A stretch of DNA of 64,000 nt from an uncultured Holophagales bacterium (GTDB lineage: Bacteria; Acidobacteriota; Thermoanaerobaculia; Multivoradales; UBA5704): assembly GCA_963842525.1 (NCBI GenBank), contig CAWJGT010000034.1:320001-384000 (forward strand). The letters are read 5' to 3'. Under the pieces are notes generated by a model. It did not search any database and was not told where the DNA came from. It saw only the letters and a list, made by a program, of their open reading frames with translations. Of the stretch, positions 39,461-48,544 are shown in pieces (within the stretch, counting starts at the first letter, position 1; the number at the start of each line of letters is the position of its first letter). The translations under genes and the position numbers were made by a program.

Positions 39461-40792
39461 GTGATTGAGAATCGACAAATCAGGATCAGCGGAGCCGAGA
39501 TGCGCCAGACCGGCTCGCTACGCAGAGCGATCGAGAAAAGGGTGGGACCGGGGGCGCTGCGCTGGTACGTCACGGCCGCAGACCGCAGCGAGCTGGTGGT
39601 AGAGGCCACCATCGACACCGAAGCCAAGGCAGTGGCCGGCGAGACGCCAGCCGACCCGGGCGAGCGACCTCTCTATCCCGGCAAGGTCGCGGTCGTCAGT
39701 ATCGTCCCCACCGGCGTCGGCTGCTCTATCGGCGGCTATGCCGGTGACGCCGCGCCGGTCACCAACCTGCTCGCGGCGACCGCCGACTATCTGATCACCA
39801 ATCCCAACGCGGTCAACGCCTCCGATTTCATCAGCCTGGAGAGCAATGTTCTCTATACCGAGGGCTTCTGCATCGACCTGCTGGCCAAGGGCGAGATCGA
39901 TCTCTATGTGCCCTTCGCCAATCGCGTGGGGCTGATCGTCGAGCGGGCCGAGCCCGCAGCGCTCGACGCGGTCTTCAACGTGGTCAACACCGTGCGCGCC
40001 GTCCATGGGGTGGACATCGTCGACTGCGTTGTCACGCAACGGCCGCTCGGCAGCCGCTGCATCAAGAGCCGCTCGGGCGCCTTCGTCGGCACCGTCGAGC
40101 ATCCTGAGGTGTTGCTCGAAGCCTGCCGCCGGCTGATCGACCAGGGAGCGAATGCCATTGCGGTGACCTCCCAAATCCAGGACCTGCCGCCGGACGATTA
40201 CGTGCAGCACTTCGCCGGCGCCGGCGACGCGCCCAACCCCATGGGTGGTGTCGAGGCCGTCGTCTCTCACCTGATCGTAGACCGCTTCCGCGTGCCGGCG
40301 GCGCACGCGCCGATGCTCAACCAGAAGGAGCTGGATCTGCTCGATCGCGTGGTCGATGCCCGCGCCGGCGGTGAGATGTCGTCGGCGAGCGGTCTCGCCT
40401 GCGTGTTGATCGGATTGCGGCGAGCGCCGCAGCTCGCGCGCACGCCGCGGCTGCGCGCAGCCGATGTCCTCAACGTGAATAACCTTCTCGCGGTGGTGGC
40501 GCCGGCCGGCTGCCTGGGGGGCATCCCGGTGCTTTGCGCCATTGAACGCGGCATCCCGGTCATCGCAGTGGCGGCGAACGAGACCATCCTTTCGGTGGGG
40601 AGCGCCGCGCTTGGCATCGAGGATGAGGTGATCGAGGCGCGCAGTTATGCCGAGGCCGCGGGGTTGCTCCTCGCGTTCCGGCGCGGGATCTCTTCCGACA
40701 GCCTGACCCGGCCGTTGAAAACTTTGCGGCACCGCCGCTCATTGATCACGGCCGTGGAGAAGCCCCGGATTGGCAGGCGTGCAACTGGATAG
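39461..40792 (+). CDS. DUF3326 domain-containing protein
   Basis: Signature IVPTGVGCSIGGYAGDA...LITNPNAVN...LYTEG and GGVEAVVSHL...PAAHAP; GGAGG RBS before GTG; 40 bp after the MFS fusion stop. Confidence 0.8.
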   Translation: MIENRQIRISGAEMRQTGSLRRAIEKRVGPGALRWYVTAADRSELVVEATIDTEAKAVAGETPADPGERPLYPGKVAVVSIVPTGVGCSIGGYAGDAAPVTNLLAATADYLITNPNAVNASDFISLESNVLYTEGFCIDLLAKGEIDLYVPFANRVGLIVERAEPAALDAVFNVVNTVRAVHGVDIVDCVVTQRPLGSRCIKSRSGAFVGTVEHPEVLLEACRRLIDQGANAIAVTSQIQDLPPDDYVQHFAGAGDAPNPMGGVEAVVSHLIVDRFRVPAAHAPMLNQKELDLLDRVVDARAGGEMSSASGLACVLIGLRRAPQLARTPRLRAADVLNVNNLLAVVAPAGCLGGIPVLCAIERGIPVIAVAANETILSVGSAALGIEDEVIEARSYAEAAGLLLAFRRGISSDSLTRPLKTLRHRRSLITAVEKPRIGRRATG

Positions 40793-40802
40793 GCTGATCG
40801 GC

Positions 40803-40845
40803 CCGAACGGGTCGCACGTGCCCTGGACGATCAGGGTCGGGGTGC
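40803..40845 (-). repeat. 43-bp orphan copy of an internal piece of the alpha/beta hydrolase gene (46427-46469)
   Basis: ccgaacgggtcgcacgtgccctggacgatcagggtcggggtgc vs ccgaacggatcgcgcgtgccctggacgatcagggccggggtgc, 3 mismatches; encodes TP(T/A)LIVQGT(C/R)DPFG. Confidence 0.8.
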
Positions 40846-41754
40846 CTACAGGAACAGCAACGCCACCCCGGCCACGGCCACCATGGCGCCGGCCACGCCG
40901 CCCACCCCGACCCGCTCGCCGCGCAGGACCACGACCAGCGGGATGATCAGCACCGGCGACAGCGCCATGATGCTCGCCGCCACACCGGCCACCGTCTCGC
41001 GGATCGCGATCAGCGACAGCGTCACCGCCACGAATGGTCCGCAGAACGCGCCCAGGGCCGAGAAGCCGAGGGCCTTGCCGTCCCGCAGGCCCGACCACAC
41101 CCTGGGCCACCAGCCCAGGACGAAGAACAGGATCGTATAGCCGGCCAATCCGGCGATGACCCGCACCTCGGTCGCTGCCTGCGCGTTGCCGTAACCGGCC
41201 ATGCCGATCTTGCTGAGGATCAGCCCGCCCGCCTGTCCCAGGGCGCCGCCGAAGCCGAGAGCGATCCCCGCGGGAGTGACGTGTACAGGGAGAGCCGTCT
41301 CGACCGCTGCGGGCGGCCGTTTCCTCTCCAGAATCGCCCAGGCGATGCCGGTGACCGTCAGCGTCATGCCCAGCAGATCGCGCGGCGTGAGCGTCTCCCC
41401 GAGGGCCAGCCAGCCGAGAAGCGCCGTGAGCGGCGGCACCAGAGCCATCATCAGCGTCGAGAGGCGCGGGCCCAGGACCAGGTAAGACCGGTAGAGGCAG
41501 AGGTCGCCGAAGGTGAAGCCCACCAGGCCGGAGATCGACAGCCACACCCACGCGTGCGGCGGCGCGTCGACCGGCAGAGGCATGCCGCGAAAGGCCCAGC
41601 TCGCCAGGGCATGGAAGGCCAGGGCAAAGACCAGCCGCACCAGGTTGACGGTGAGCGATCCAATCCGGCGTGACGCACCATCGATCGCCATCGCCGTACA
41701 GGCCCAGAGGGCGGCGGCCCCAAGCGCCGCGAGCTGACCGGTGTAAGCGGACAC
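40846..41754 (-). CDS. DMT/EamA family transporter
   Basis: 302-aa protein with about 10 hydrophobic helices in two EamA-like halves (SGLVGFTFGD...LGETLT; ALSPVLIIPL...RGERV). Confidence 0.88.
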   Translation of the reverse strand: MSAYTGQLAALGAAALWACTAMAIDGASRRIGSLTVNLVRLVFALAFHALASWAFRGMPLPVDAPPHAWVWLSISGLVGFTFGDLCLYRSYLVLGPRLSTLMMALVPPLTALLGWLALGETLTPRDLLGMTLTVTGIAWAILERKRPPAAVETALPVHVTPAGIALGFGGALGQAGGLILSKIGMAGYGNAQAATEVRVIAGLAGYTILFFVLGWWPRVWSGLRDGKALGFSALGAFCGPFVAVTLSLIAIRETVAGVAASIMALSPVLIIPLVVVLRGERVGVGGVAGAMVAVAGVALLFL

Positions 41755-41821
41755 GGAGGCAGAGCTTACCGCGGGACCTCACCCCCTGTCCCCGTAGTCC
41801 CTAGCTTTTCGCCGAAGGGAC

Positions 41822-41964
41822 CCCTGGGAGCGCCGGCGTCCCGCCGGCCCGGAGCTTGGCCGGCCGCTGAGGCATCGTCAGACACCACCGCCGCTCCAGC
41901 GGTCGGCGGCTCCGTCTCCGCCATAGCCTCGTTGAGAGCCGGCGAGACGCCGGCGCTCCCAGGG
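41822..41964. repeat. REP/MITE-like element with 27-bp terminal inverted repeats
   Basis: ccctgggagcgccggcgtcccgccggc (41822-41848) and gccggcgagacgccggcgctcccaggg (41938-41964) are reverse complements with one mismatch; each arm is internally palindromic. Confidence 0.8.
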
Positions 41965-42000
41965 CACACCCACCCCGACCCGGCTGCTACCAGGCGCCGG

Positions 42001-42332
42001 CAGGCAGGTCGAGAATCGACGCGGGCAATGAGCGCCCCTTCAATAAGACGTCGACCTAGCCATTTCTATTCTCGACCTAGCCGAGGCGTATGCAGACCAG
42101 AGGCTGCAATAAGTCGAGAATCGGCCATTCTGACACTCAATTTGCATCCTCAAGGTCGAGAATCGGCTCCTTGAGGTCGAGAAAAAGACTCTAAAGGTCG
42201 AGCGATCTGATACCAGAGTCGCGCTAGAGCGATCTGGAAGTCGCTGTTTGTTGCGGGCAGTCACTGCCCATCGTTCAGACATCGCTCTTTGCTTCCTCTG
42301 CTCGACCTGGAGACACACCGCAGACCTGCCTG
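42001..42332. repeat. Degenerate 21-bp-periodic tract bounded by a 10-bp inverted repeat
   Basis: TCGA/TCGC at 42009, 42051, 42072, 42114, 42156, 42177, 42198, 42219, all on one 21-bp lattice; ends caggcaggtc / gacctgcctg; lower GC than the flanks. Confidence 0.65.
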
Positions 42333-42400
42333 ATGAGGCAGGAGAGTGCTACGGACCGGCGGATGGCCCCGGGAAGGGAGCAGAGTTGGCTTCGTGGAGC

Positions 42401-42523
42401 ATGGACGGCGTGGAGACGCGGGCGTTGATCGTCGGCGAGGACCCCCGCGCCCGCTGCGGCCTCACGGTCCTGGGGCAGGCCGCGGCCGGCGAAGCTCCAA
42501 GCCGGCGGGACGCGGGACCTTGA
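42401..42523 (+). pseudogene. Possible remnant of a response-regulator receiver N-terminus
   Basis: MDGVETRALIVGEDPRARCGLTVLGQAAAGE resembles the REC start (RVLIVDDxPLxRxGL...VVGxA) with an internal deletion; stops after 40 aa. Confidence 0.3.
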
Positions 42524-42547
42524 TAAACTTCGCCAGGCTCCCCCACC

Positions 42548-45014
42548 ATGGCAAACTTCGACGTCTTCCTCAGCCACAACAGCAAGGACAAGCCCATCGT
42601 CCGCGAGATCGAGGCCAGGCTGCGCGAGCTGGGCGTCAAGCCCTGGCTGGACGAGAAGGTTCTCCTGCCCGGCGACCGATGGCAGGACGAGATCGAGAAG
42701 ATCATCCGCACCTGCGAGACCGCCGCCGTCCTCGTCGGCCCCAGCGGCATCGGGCCGTGGCAGGAGCCCGAGATGCGCGGTTGTCTCCAGGAATTCGTTC
42801 GGCGGCGGTTGCGCGTCATCCCCGTCCTGCTCCCCGGCGCACCCAGGAAGCCACGCCTTCCTCTGTTCTTGAAGGATTTCAGTTGGCTGGACCTTCGGAA
42901 CGGCCTGGCCGATTCCCTGCTGGACAGCTTCGTAGAAGCGATCCGCAAGGGTCAACAAAAGAAGGCTCGCGCGGTATCTACTCCGAAAAAGGCGCCGGAG
43001 CCACAGACGGGTCCGACCTTCCACAACCTCCCCTTCCCGCCGCTGCGCGACCTCTTCAAAGGAAGGGACACCGACCTCCTTCGTCTGGAGTCCACCCTCG
43101 ACCAGCCCGGCCGGGCCGCCGCCATCACCCAGAGCGAGGCGATCTCCGGCCTCGGCGGCATCGGCAAGACCCGCCTCGCCGTGGAGCACGCATGGCGCTG
43201 CGGCCACCGCTATACGGCCGCCTTCTTCGTCCGCGCCGACACGCCCGAGGCGCTCCGCCGCGGCCTCGCGTCTCTGGCCGGCCCGGCCCTGCTGAGCCTG
43301 CCGGAGCGGACGGCCGCGGTGGAAGAGGAGGTGGTCGCGGCGGTCCTGCGCTGGCTGCGGGAGCATCCCGGCTGGCTGTTGATCCTCGACAACGTGGATA
43401 CGGAAGAGGCGGCCGCCGCCGTGGGCGCGCTCCTGTCCAGCCTCTCGGGAGGACGGGTGCTCATCACCTCCCGGCTGAGCGAATGGCCGCCTGACGTCCT
43501 CACGGAGCCCCTGGACACGATTTCACGGGCGGAAGCCGTCCATTTCCTCCTCCAGCGCACCAAAAAGGACGATCCAGAGCAGGCCGGCCGGCTGGCGGCG
43601 GTCCTCGGGGATCTCCCGCTAGCGCTCGAGCAGGCCGCCGCCTACATCCTCCACACGCGGATGCGCTTCACCGACTACCTCGACGCCTGGCAGCGCGAGC
43701 GCCCGCAGGTGCTCCGCTGGCACAACCCCCGCCTGATGAAGTATCCCGCCCCGGTCGCCGTCACCTGGCAGACTACCTTCGAGGAGCTCGGCCCGTCCTC
43801 AGCCGCGCTCCTCCGCCTGACCGCTTTCCTGGCCCCCGACCCCATTCCGGTCGCGATGTTCGAGGAAGGGTCCGGGACCGTCGAGCAGGCGGCGGCCCTG
43901 TTCTGCGAGGAAACCGGCCGGCAGCCGGCCCCCTGCCCAGTCCGCGAGGCGCTCGCCGAGTTGGCGGCCTATTCGATGGTCACACTCCAAGACAAGGGGA
44001 CGTTCGCGGTCCACCGGATGGTCCAGGAGGTGCTGCGGAGCCACATCCCTGCGGACCGGCTCAGGGCCTGGATCGAAGCTCGCTCTGCGGATCGTGAACG
44101 CGGCGGCGGTCAGTGGCTCCAGCGATGTTCGCACGTGGCCGCGCTGGAACCCCTTACTGCCTCATGTCGCGCAAATTGTGGCCCAAGCAGATGAAGCCGG
44201 CATCGCAGAGCCGACGAGCCGGCTCATGAACGACCTCGGAAATCACCTCGCAGCGAAAAGCCTACACGCTGAGGCCGAGCCCCTTTACCGCCGCACGTTG
44301 ACCATCGCTGAGCAGCACGGGCAACCCCACCTCGGTACCTACCTCAACAACCTGGCGGCGTTGCTCCAGGCGACGAACCGTTATTCGGAGGCCGAGCCGT
44401 TGATGCGCCGCGCCCTGGCCATCGCCAAGCAGGCCTTCGGGTCGGATCACCCCAAGGCCGTCAGACACCTCAACAATCTGGCTTTGTTGCTCCAGGCGAC
44501 GAACCGTTATTCGGAGGCCGAGCCGTTGATGCGCCGCGCCCTGACCATCGACGAGCAGGCCTTCGGGACGGAACACCCCAACGTCGCCATAGACCTCAAC
44601 AACCTGGCTTTGTTGCTCCAGGCGACGAACCGTCATTCGGAGGCCGAGCCGTTGATGCGTCGCGCCCTGGCCATCGATGAGCAGTCCTTGGGGAAGGAAC
44701 ACCCCAATGTCGCCATAGAACTCAACAACCTGGCTCAGTTACTCCAGGCGACGAACCGTCTGCCGGAGGCCGAGCCGTTGATGCGCCGCGCCCTCGCCAT
44801 CGACGAGAAGTCCTTCGGGGCGGAACACCCCAACGTCGCCATCCGCCTCAACAACCTGGCTCAGTTGCTCAAGGAGACGAACCGTCAATCGAAGGCCGAG
44901 CCGATGATGCGCCGCGCCCTGGCCATCCTCGAGAAAAGCCTGCCTCCGGGCCACCCGTGGAGAGAGGGTGCGCGGCGAAACCTCGCGGCGCTTCTGGAGG
45001 AAATTTCCTCTTGA
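42548..45014 (+). CDS. TIR - NB-ARC - TPR NLR-like protein, one indel near 44077
   Basis: TIR FDVFLSHNSKDK...GPWQEPE; Walker A GLGGIGKT; Walker B LLILDNVD; GDLPLALEQAAAY; frames join at WIE|LALRIVNA; C-terminal 42-aa LNNLA..L TPR repeats. Confidence 0.88.
44341..44940 (+). repeat. About five near-identical 126-bp tandem repeats encoding TPR units
   Basis: Units start near 44341, 44467, 44593, 44719, 44845 and share ctcaacaa(c/t)ctggc...gacgaaccgt...aggccgagccg(t/a)tgatgcg(c/t)cgcgccct. Confidence 0.9.
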
Positions 45015-45051
45015 CACCCCGCTCCTCCCTCTATTACGCTTCAGAGCGTAA
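45011..45051 (+). promoter_or_regulatory. Candidate sigma70 promoter with an overlapping palindrome
   Basis: TTGACA (45011-45016), 18 bp spacer, TACGCT (45035-45040); inverted repeat ttacgct-tcag-agcgtaa (45034-45051) covers the -10. Confidence 0.5.
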
Positions 45052-45216
45052 CAAGCTGTAGCCAACCCGCGAGAGGAGGTGCCGAGGGAGAGCAAAAACA
45101 GATAAGGAAGCCGTTCGAACCGTTTCCGCCGGGCTCTCTGCGGCCCGAAACAAAAACGGCCCGGAAGTGAGTTGACGCTCACTCCCGAGCCTGACCCGAC
45201 ACGGAGGATACACTCC

Positions 45217-45744
45217 ATGCAAGGCTCCGATGAGTCTAACACCCCGTCTTTCCCCGAAGTTCCGTCTTCCCACAACGCCTTCACCCCTGAGTTTCTGCAG
45301 AGGATCGGCGAGCGCGACGAGCCGGTGACGGCCGGCGAGGCCGACATGGCCGGACCGTGGTTTGTCGAAGAGATCCCGGGCGCCGGATTCGGGCTCTACC
45401 GTCTCGGCGAGGGCCAGGCGCGGCGGTTCCAGCCGTTTGCCGTGTTCCGCAGCGCTGCGCTGGCGCGGCTCGCCGCCGCGATCCTTCCCGGCACCGGCCG
45501 GGACCCGGCGTTCCGGCTGCGCACCGAGTCGGACCGCGGCGGTTTTGCCGTGGAGAACGGCCGGGAGGTGGTCGGCCATCTGGCTCTCTTTGACGAGCGG
45601 GTGATCGAGGCGCTCTGCGCGGTGGACAGCGTGGTGCGCTCTCCCGAGGCTCTCGCAAATCTGCTTGACGCCGCGGGCGGGATCGCGCTGGAGCGGGCGG
45701 GGGCGGTTCTCGACAGCCGGTTCCCGGAACGGGCCCGGGCATAA
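45217..45744 (+). CDS. Hypothetical protein (about 175 aa)
   Basis: GGAGG RBS before ATG 45217; GC3-rich codons; globular-looking sequence; no recognised family. Confidence 0.7.
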   Translation: MQGSDESNTPSFPEVPSSHNAFTPEFLQRIGERDEPVTAGEADMAGPWFVEEIPGAGFGLYRLGEGQARRFQPFAVFRSAALARLAAAILPGTGRDPAFRLRTESDRGGFAVENGREVVGHLALFDERVIEALCAVDSVVRSPEALANLLDAAGGIALERAGAVLDSRFPERARA

Positions 45745-45748
45745 ATAC

Positions 45749-45832
45749 CCGGGCTAGGAACAGCGCCGGGTGAACCCGGCTTCAAGCCCCATTCATGGGG
45801 CGCTGTTCCTAGCCCGGCGATTCATCGCCGGG
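45749..45832. repeat. REP-like composite palindrome
   Basis: Perfect 19-bp IR ccgggctaggaacagcgcc (45749-45767) / ggcgctgttcctagcccgg (45799-45817) enclosing hairpins ccgggtgaacccgg and ccccattcatgggg, overlapped by cccggcgattcatcgccggg (45813-45832). Confidence 0.8.
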
Positions 45833-45894
45833 TGAGGGGCCGGGGCTCGCGTATGTCTTCGAGGCCTCTCTGCCGATGCAACTCGAGGATCATT

Positions 45895-46252
45895 CGCAGC
45901 GCCGCACCCTGCCGGCGCAGCAATTCAAGGACGAGATGCTGTAAAACGAGGTCGAGCTGCTGCGACTTGGGGTCGTGCACGGGCTGCGCACGGTCGCGCC
46001 GCTGCGACTCGGGGTCGCGCCGCAGCCGCGCGAGGTTAATTTGCTGCGAATCGGCCTCGATTTGCTGCCACTCAGGGTCACTTCGCAGCGAAACGAGGCC
46101 GAGCGCGGGCGGCGCAAGGTCGCGCGGCAGCGGCTGGAAGCTCGGGCGCGAGCGGAAAAAGGTCCTGCGCGTCGTGATGGAGCTCCATTTGCTGCGAAAC
46201 AGGGGCGAGTCACAGCGGCGCGAGGTCCATTCGCAGCAGCGCGAGCCCACGC
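45895..46252. repeat. Degenerate 21-bp tandem array (about 17 units)
   Basis: Units such as tgctgcgacttggggtcgtgc (45958), cgctgcgactcggggtcgcgc (46000), tgctgcgaatcggcctcgatt (46042), cgcagcgaaacgaggccgagc (46084); approximate consensus YGCWGCGRMNCGAGGTCGMKY; one extra base near 46140. Confidence 0.75.
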
Positions 46253-46257
46253 CCAGG

Positions 46258-46882
46258 CTACCCCACCGACCCCACAAACTCCGCCACCGCGGCCACCGCC
46301 TCGCCCACGTTCTGCGCCTCCGTCCGGCCGGACGACGCCCGCGGCTTGAACGAGTGGTCGCCGTCCTCCAGCCAGACGATCCGGATCGCTGGCGAGAGCT
46401 TGTAGCCGGCGACCTCGTCCGGGGTGCCGAACGGATCGCGCGTGCCCTGGACGATCAGGGCCGGGGTGCGCAGGTGCTCCAGGTGCGCGGTCCGGGTCTT
46501 CTTCGAGCTGGCCGGGCGGATGGAAGGGATAGCCGAGGCAGACGAGCCCGCGGGGCTCCACCTCGTCGGCGATCAGGCTGGCGATGCGCCCGCCCATCGA
46601 CTTGCCGCCGATCACGAGGTTGCCGGCGCCGCCGAGCTCCTCGATGGCGGCCTTCCAGGCCTCGCGCAGCACGGGCTCGCGGTCGGGCGGCCTCCGCCGG
46701 GCCTCCTCGCGGCGGGCCCGCATGTAGGGGAACTCGAAGCGCGCCACCCGGATCCCCTCCTTGGCCAGGCCCGCGGCGATCGCGTTCAGGGACGGCGAGT
46801 CCATGGGCGCTCCCGCACCATGGGCGAGCACGACGGTCGGCCCCGTTGCGGGACCCGTGACGAGGAGCTCCGGTTTGCGCAT
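46258..46882 (-). CDS. Alpha/beta hydrolase (KANL3/Tex30-like), one indel near 46503
   Basis: LAHGAGAPMDS, nucleophile GGKSMGGR, LGYPFHPPG; in the shifted frame LIVQGTRDPFG...DGDHSFKP, stop TAG at 46258-46260; strong GGAGG RBS. Confidence 0.85.
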
Positions 46883-46960
46883 CCTGTGTTCCTCCCTCCT
46901 TCTATGGTAGCCTCAGGACAGCATCTTGATGTTCATGGCTCGATCTGAGGCGAGAATCGC

Positions 46961-48541
46961 TTGATCCCGACTCCTGCACAGTTGGAGGAGGTCTCCAGTC
47001 TCCGCGAGGGCAACCTGGAGCAGGTGCCCTTCTCGCGACTGCTTTGCGCCCTGGCGGTCCACAGGAAAACGCTGGTCGTCGAGATCCGGCGGCGCCAGCT
47101 CTGGAAGAAGATCTTCCTGGAGGGCGGCGTGCCGGTGGACTGCCGCTCGAACCTCGCCCACGAGACCCTCGGACGGTACATGGTCCTCGAAGGGAAGCTC
47201 AGCGAAGAGGACTTCACCACCAGCCTTGCCCGCTCGGCGGCCAGGGGAGTCCCCCTGGGCGAGGTCCTCCTCGAGCTCGGGCTGGTCAGCGCGGTCGACC
47301 TCTTCAAGATCCTGCAGCAGAACCTGGCCAAGAAGCTGCTCGACGTCTTCTCCTGGCGCGAGGGCGAGATTCACATCCTCGACGACGGGAAGCTCACCGC
47401 CGAGTCGTCCCTCAAGGTGAAAGTCCCCCAGCTCATCCTCATGGGAGTGACGAAGCTCTCCCCGCAAGACGAGGTCGACATGGCCGTCGGACCTCTGGTG
47501 GGCAAGAGGCTCGCGATCAACCCCTCCCCTGCGTTCCCGCTGGAGGACATCAAGCTGAGCCAGCGGCAGGCGCAGCTCATCGAGGCAATCCGCCCCGGCC
47601 GGCGGATGGGCGAGCTTGCCGAAGCCACCGGGTTGCCCATCGACGAGATCAGCCGCCTGCTCTATGCGCTGTCGATCCTCGGCGTCGTGGCTCCGGCTGA
47701 CGCGCTGCCCAAGGACGCGCCGGCAGCGCCTCAGCTTTCGAGCACGGGAAGCTTCCAGCGGCCATCCCTGTCATCCCTCAAGACAGCTCCCATCGCAATT
47801 CCTCCTCTGGCCACGGCCGCCCCGCAGGCACCTCCCCAGGACGTCGAGCGGCGCCACAACGAGATCATGCAGGCCTATCTGGTCTACCGCCGGCAGGACG
47901 CCTTCGACCTGCTCGGCGTGCCGGAGGAGGCGACGCTGCCGGTCATCGACGCGAAGTACCTCGAATTCGCCCGCAGATTCGCTCCCTGGTTGCTGGACCA
48001 CATCGATCTGCGCGGCTTGGAAGAGCGGGCGCGCGACCTCTTCCTGGCAGGAGCGCGGGCCTTCGGCGAGCTCTCCGACAGCGAGCAGCGGAACACCCTG
48101 CGCTTCCGTCGCAAGACCTTGCGCGAGGAAAGGGAAAAGAGACCCCCGGCGTTCGGCGGCATCAAGACGGACCTGCTCGACTCCGAGGCGCAGTTCAAAA
48201 GGGGTCTGGCCCTGCTGGAGCAGGGAAAGCCCAAGGAGGCGCTCCTGCACCTGGAGTTCGCCTCCGACTGCGACCCGCAGAACAGCCTCTACGCCGCCGA
48301 GACCGCCTATTGCCGCTTCCAGGTGTCCTCGGCCCACGCCAACCAGGCGCTCCGCGAGCTCGGCGAGACCCTGCGGCGCGACCCGACCTGCGGCCTGGCC
48401 GCCTACTACGCCGGCATCATCAGCCGCGAGACCGGCAACTACGGCGAGGCGGAAAACCACCTGCGCCGCGCTATCAAGCTCATGGCCCCCGACCGCCGCC
48501 CGATCGACGCCCTCAAGGCGCTGCCAGCCGGCCGGCGGTGA
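46961..48541 (+). CDS. DUF4388-like / J-like / TPR domain protein
   Basis: N-terminal EGNLEQVPFSRLL...KKIFLEGGVPV...ETLGRYMV (DUF4388/PATAN-like); J-like segment DAFDLLGVPEEA...ARRFAPW; C-terminal TPRs. Confidence 0.75.
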   Translation: MIPTPAQLEEVSSLREGNLEQVPFSRLLCALAVHRKTLVVEIRRRQLWKKIFLEGGVPVDCRSNLAHETLGRYMVLEGKLSEEDFTTSLARSAARGVPLGEVLLELGLVSAVDLFKILQQNLAKKLLDVFSWREGEIHILDDGKLTAESSLKVKVPQLILMGVTKLSPQDEVDMAVGPLVGKRLAINPSPAFPLEDIKLSQRQAQLIEAIRPGRRMGELAEATGLPIDEISRLLYALSILGVVAPADALPKDAPAAPQLSSTGSFQRPSLSSLKTAPIAIPPLATAAPQAPPQDVERRHNEIMQAYLVYRRQDAFDLLGVPEEATLPVIDAKYLEFARRFAPWLLDHIDLRGLEERARDLFLAGARAFGELSDSEQRNTLRFRRKTLREEREKRPPAFGGIKTDLLDSEAQFKRGLALLEQGKPKEALLHLEFASDCDPQNSLYAAETAYCRFQVSSAHANQALRELGETLRRDPTCGLAAYYAGIISRETGNYGEAENHLRRAIKLMAPDRRPIDALKALPAGRR

Positions 48542-48544
48542 GGT

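Noticed and set aside
44341-44940. DGR template/variable repeat pair
   Set aside because: Repeats are tandem in-frame TPR units, differences are not adenine-specific, and no reverse transcriptase is in the window.
45895-46252. CRISPR array
   Set aside because: Period is only 21 bp, there is no invariant repeat with unique spacers, and no cas genes are present.
45890-46882. 330-aa hydrolase with a long C-terminal extension
   Set aside because: The catalytic Asp/His region is in another frame after 46503; the real stop is at 46258.
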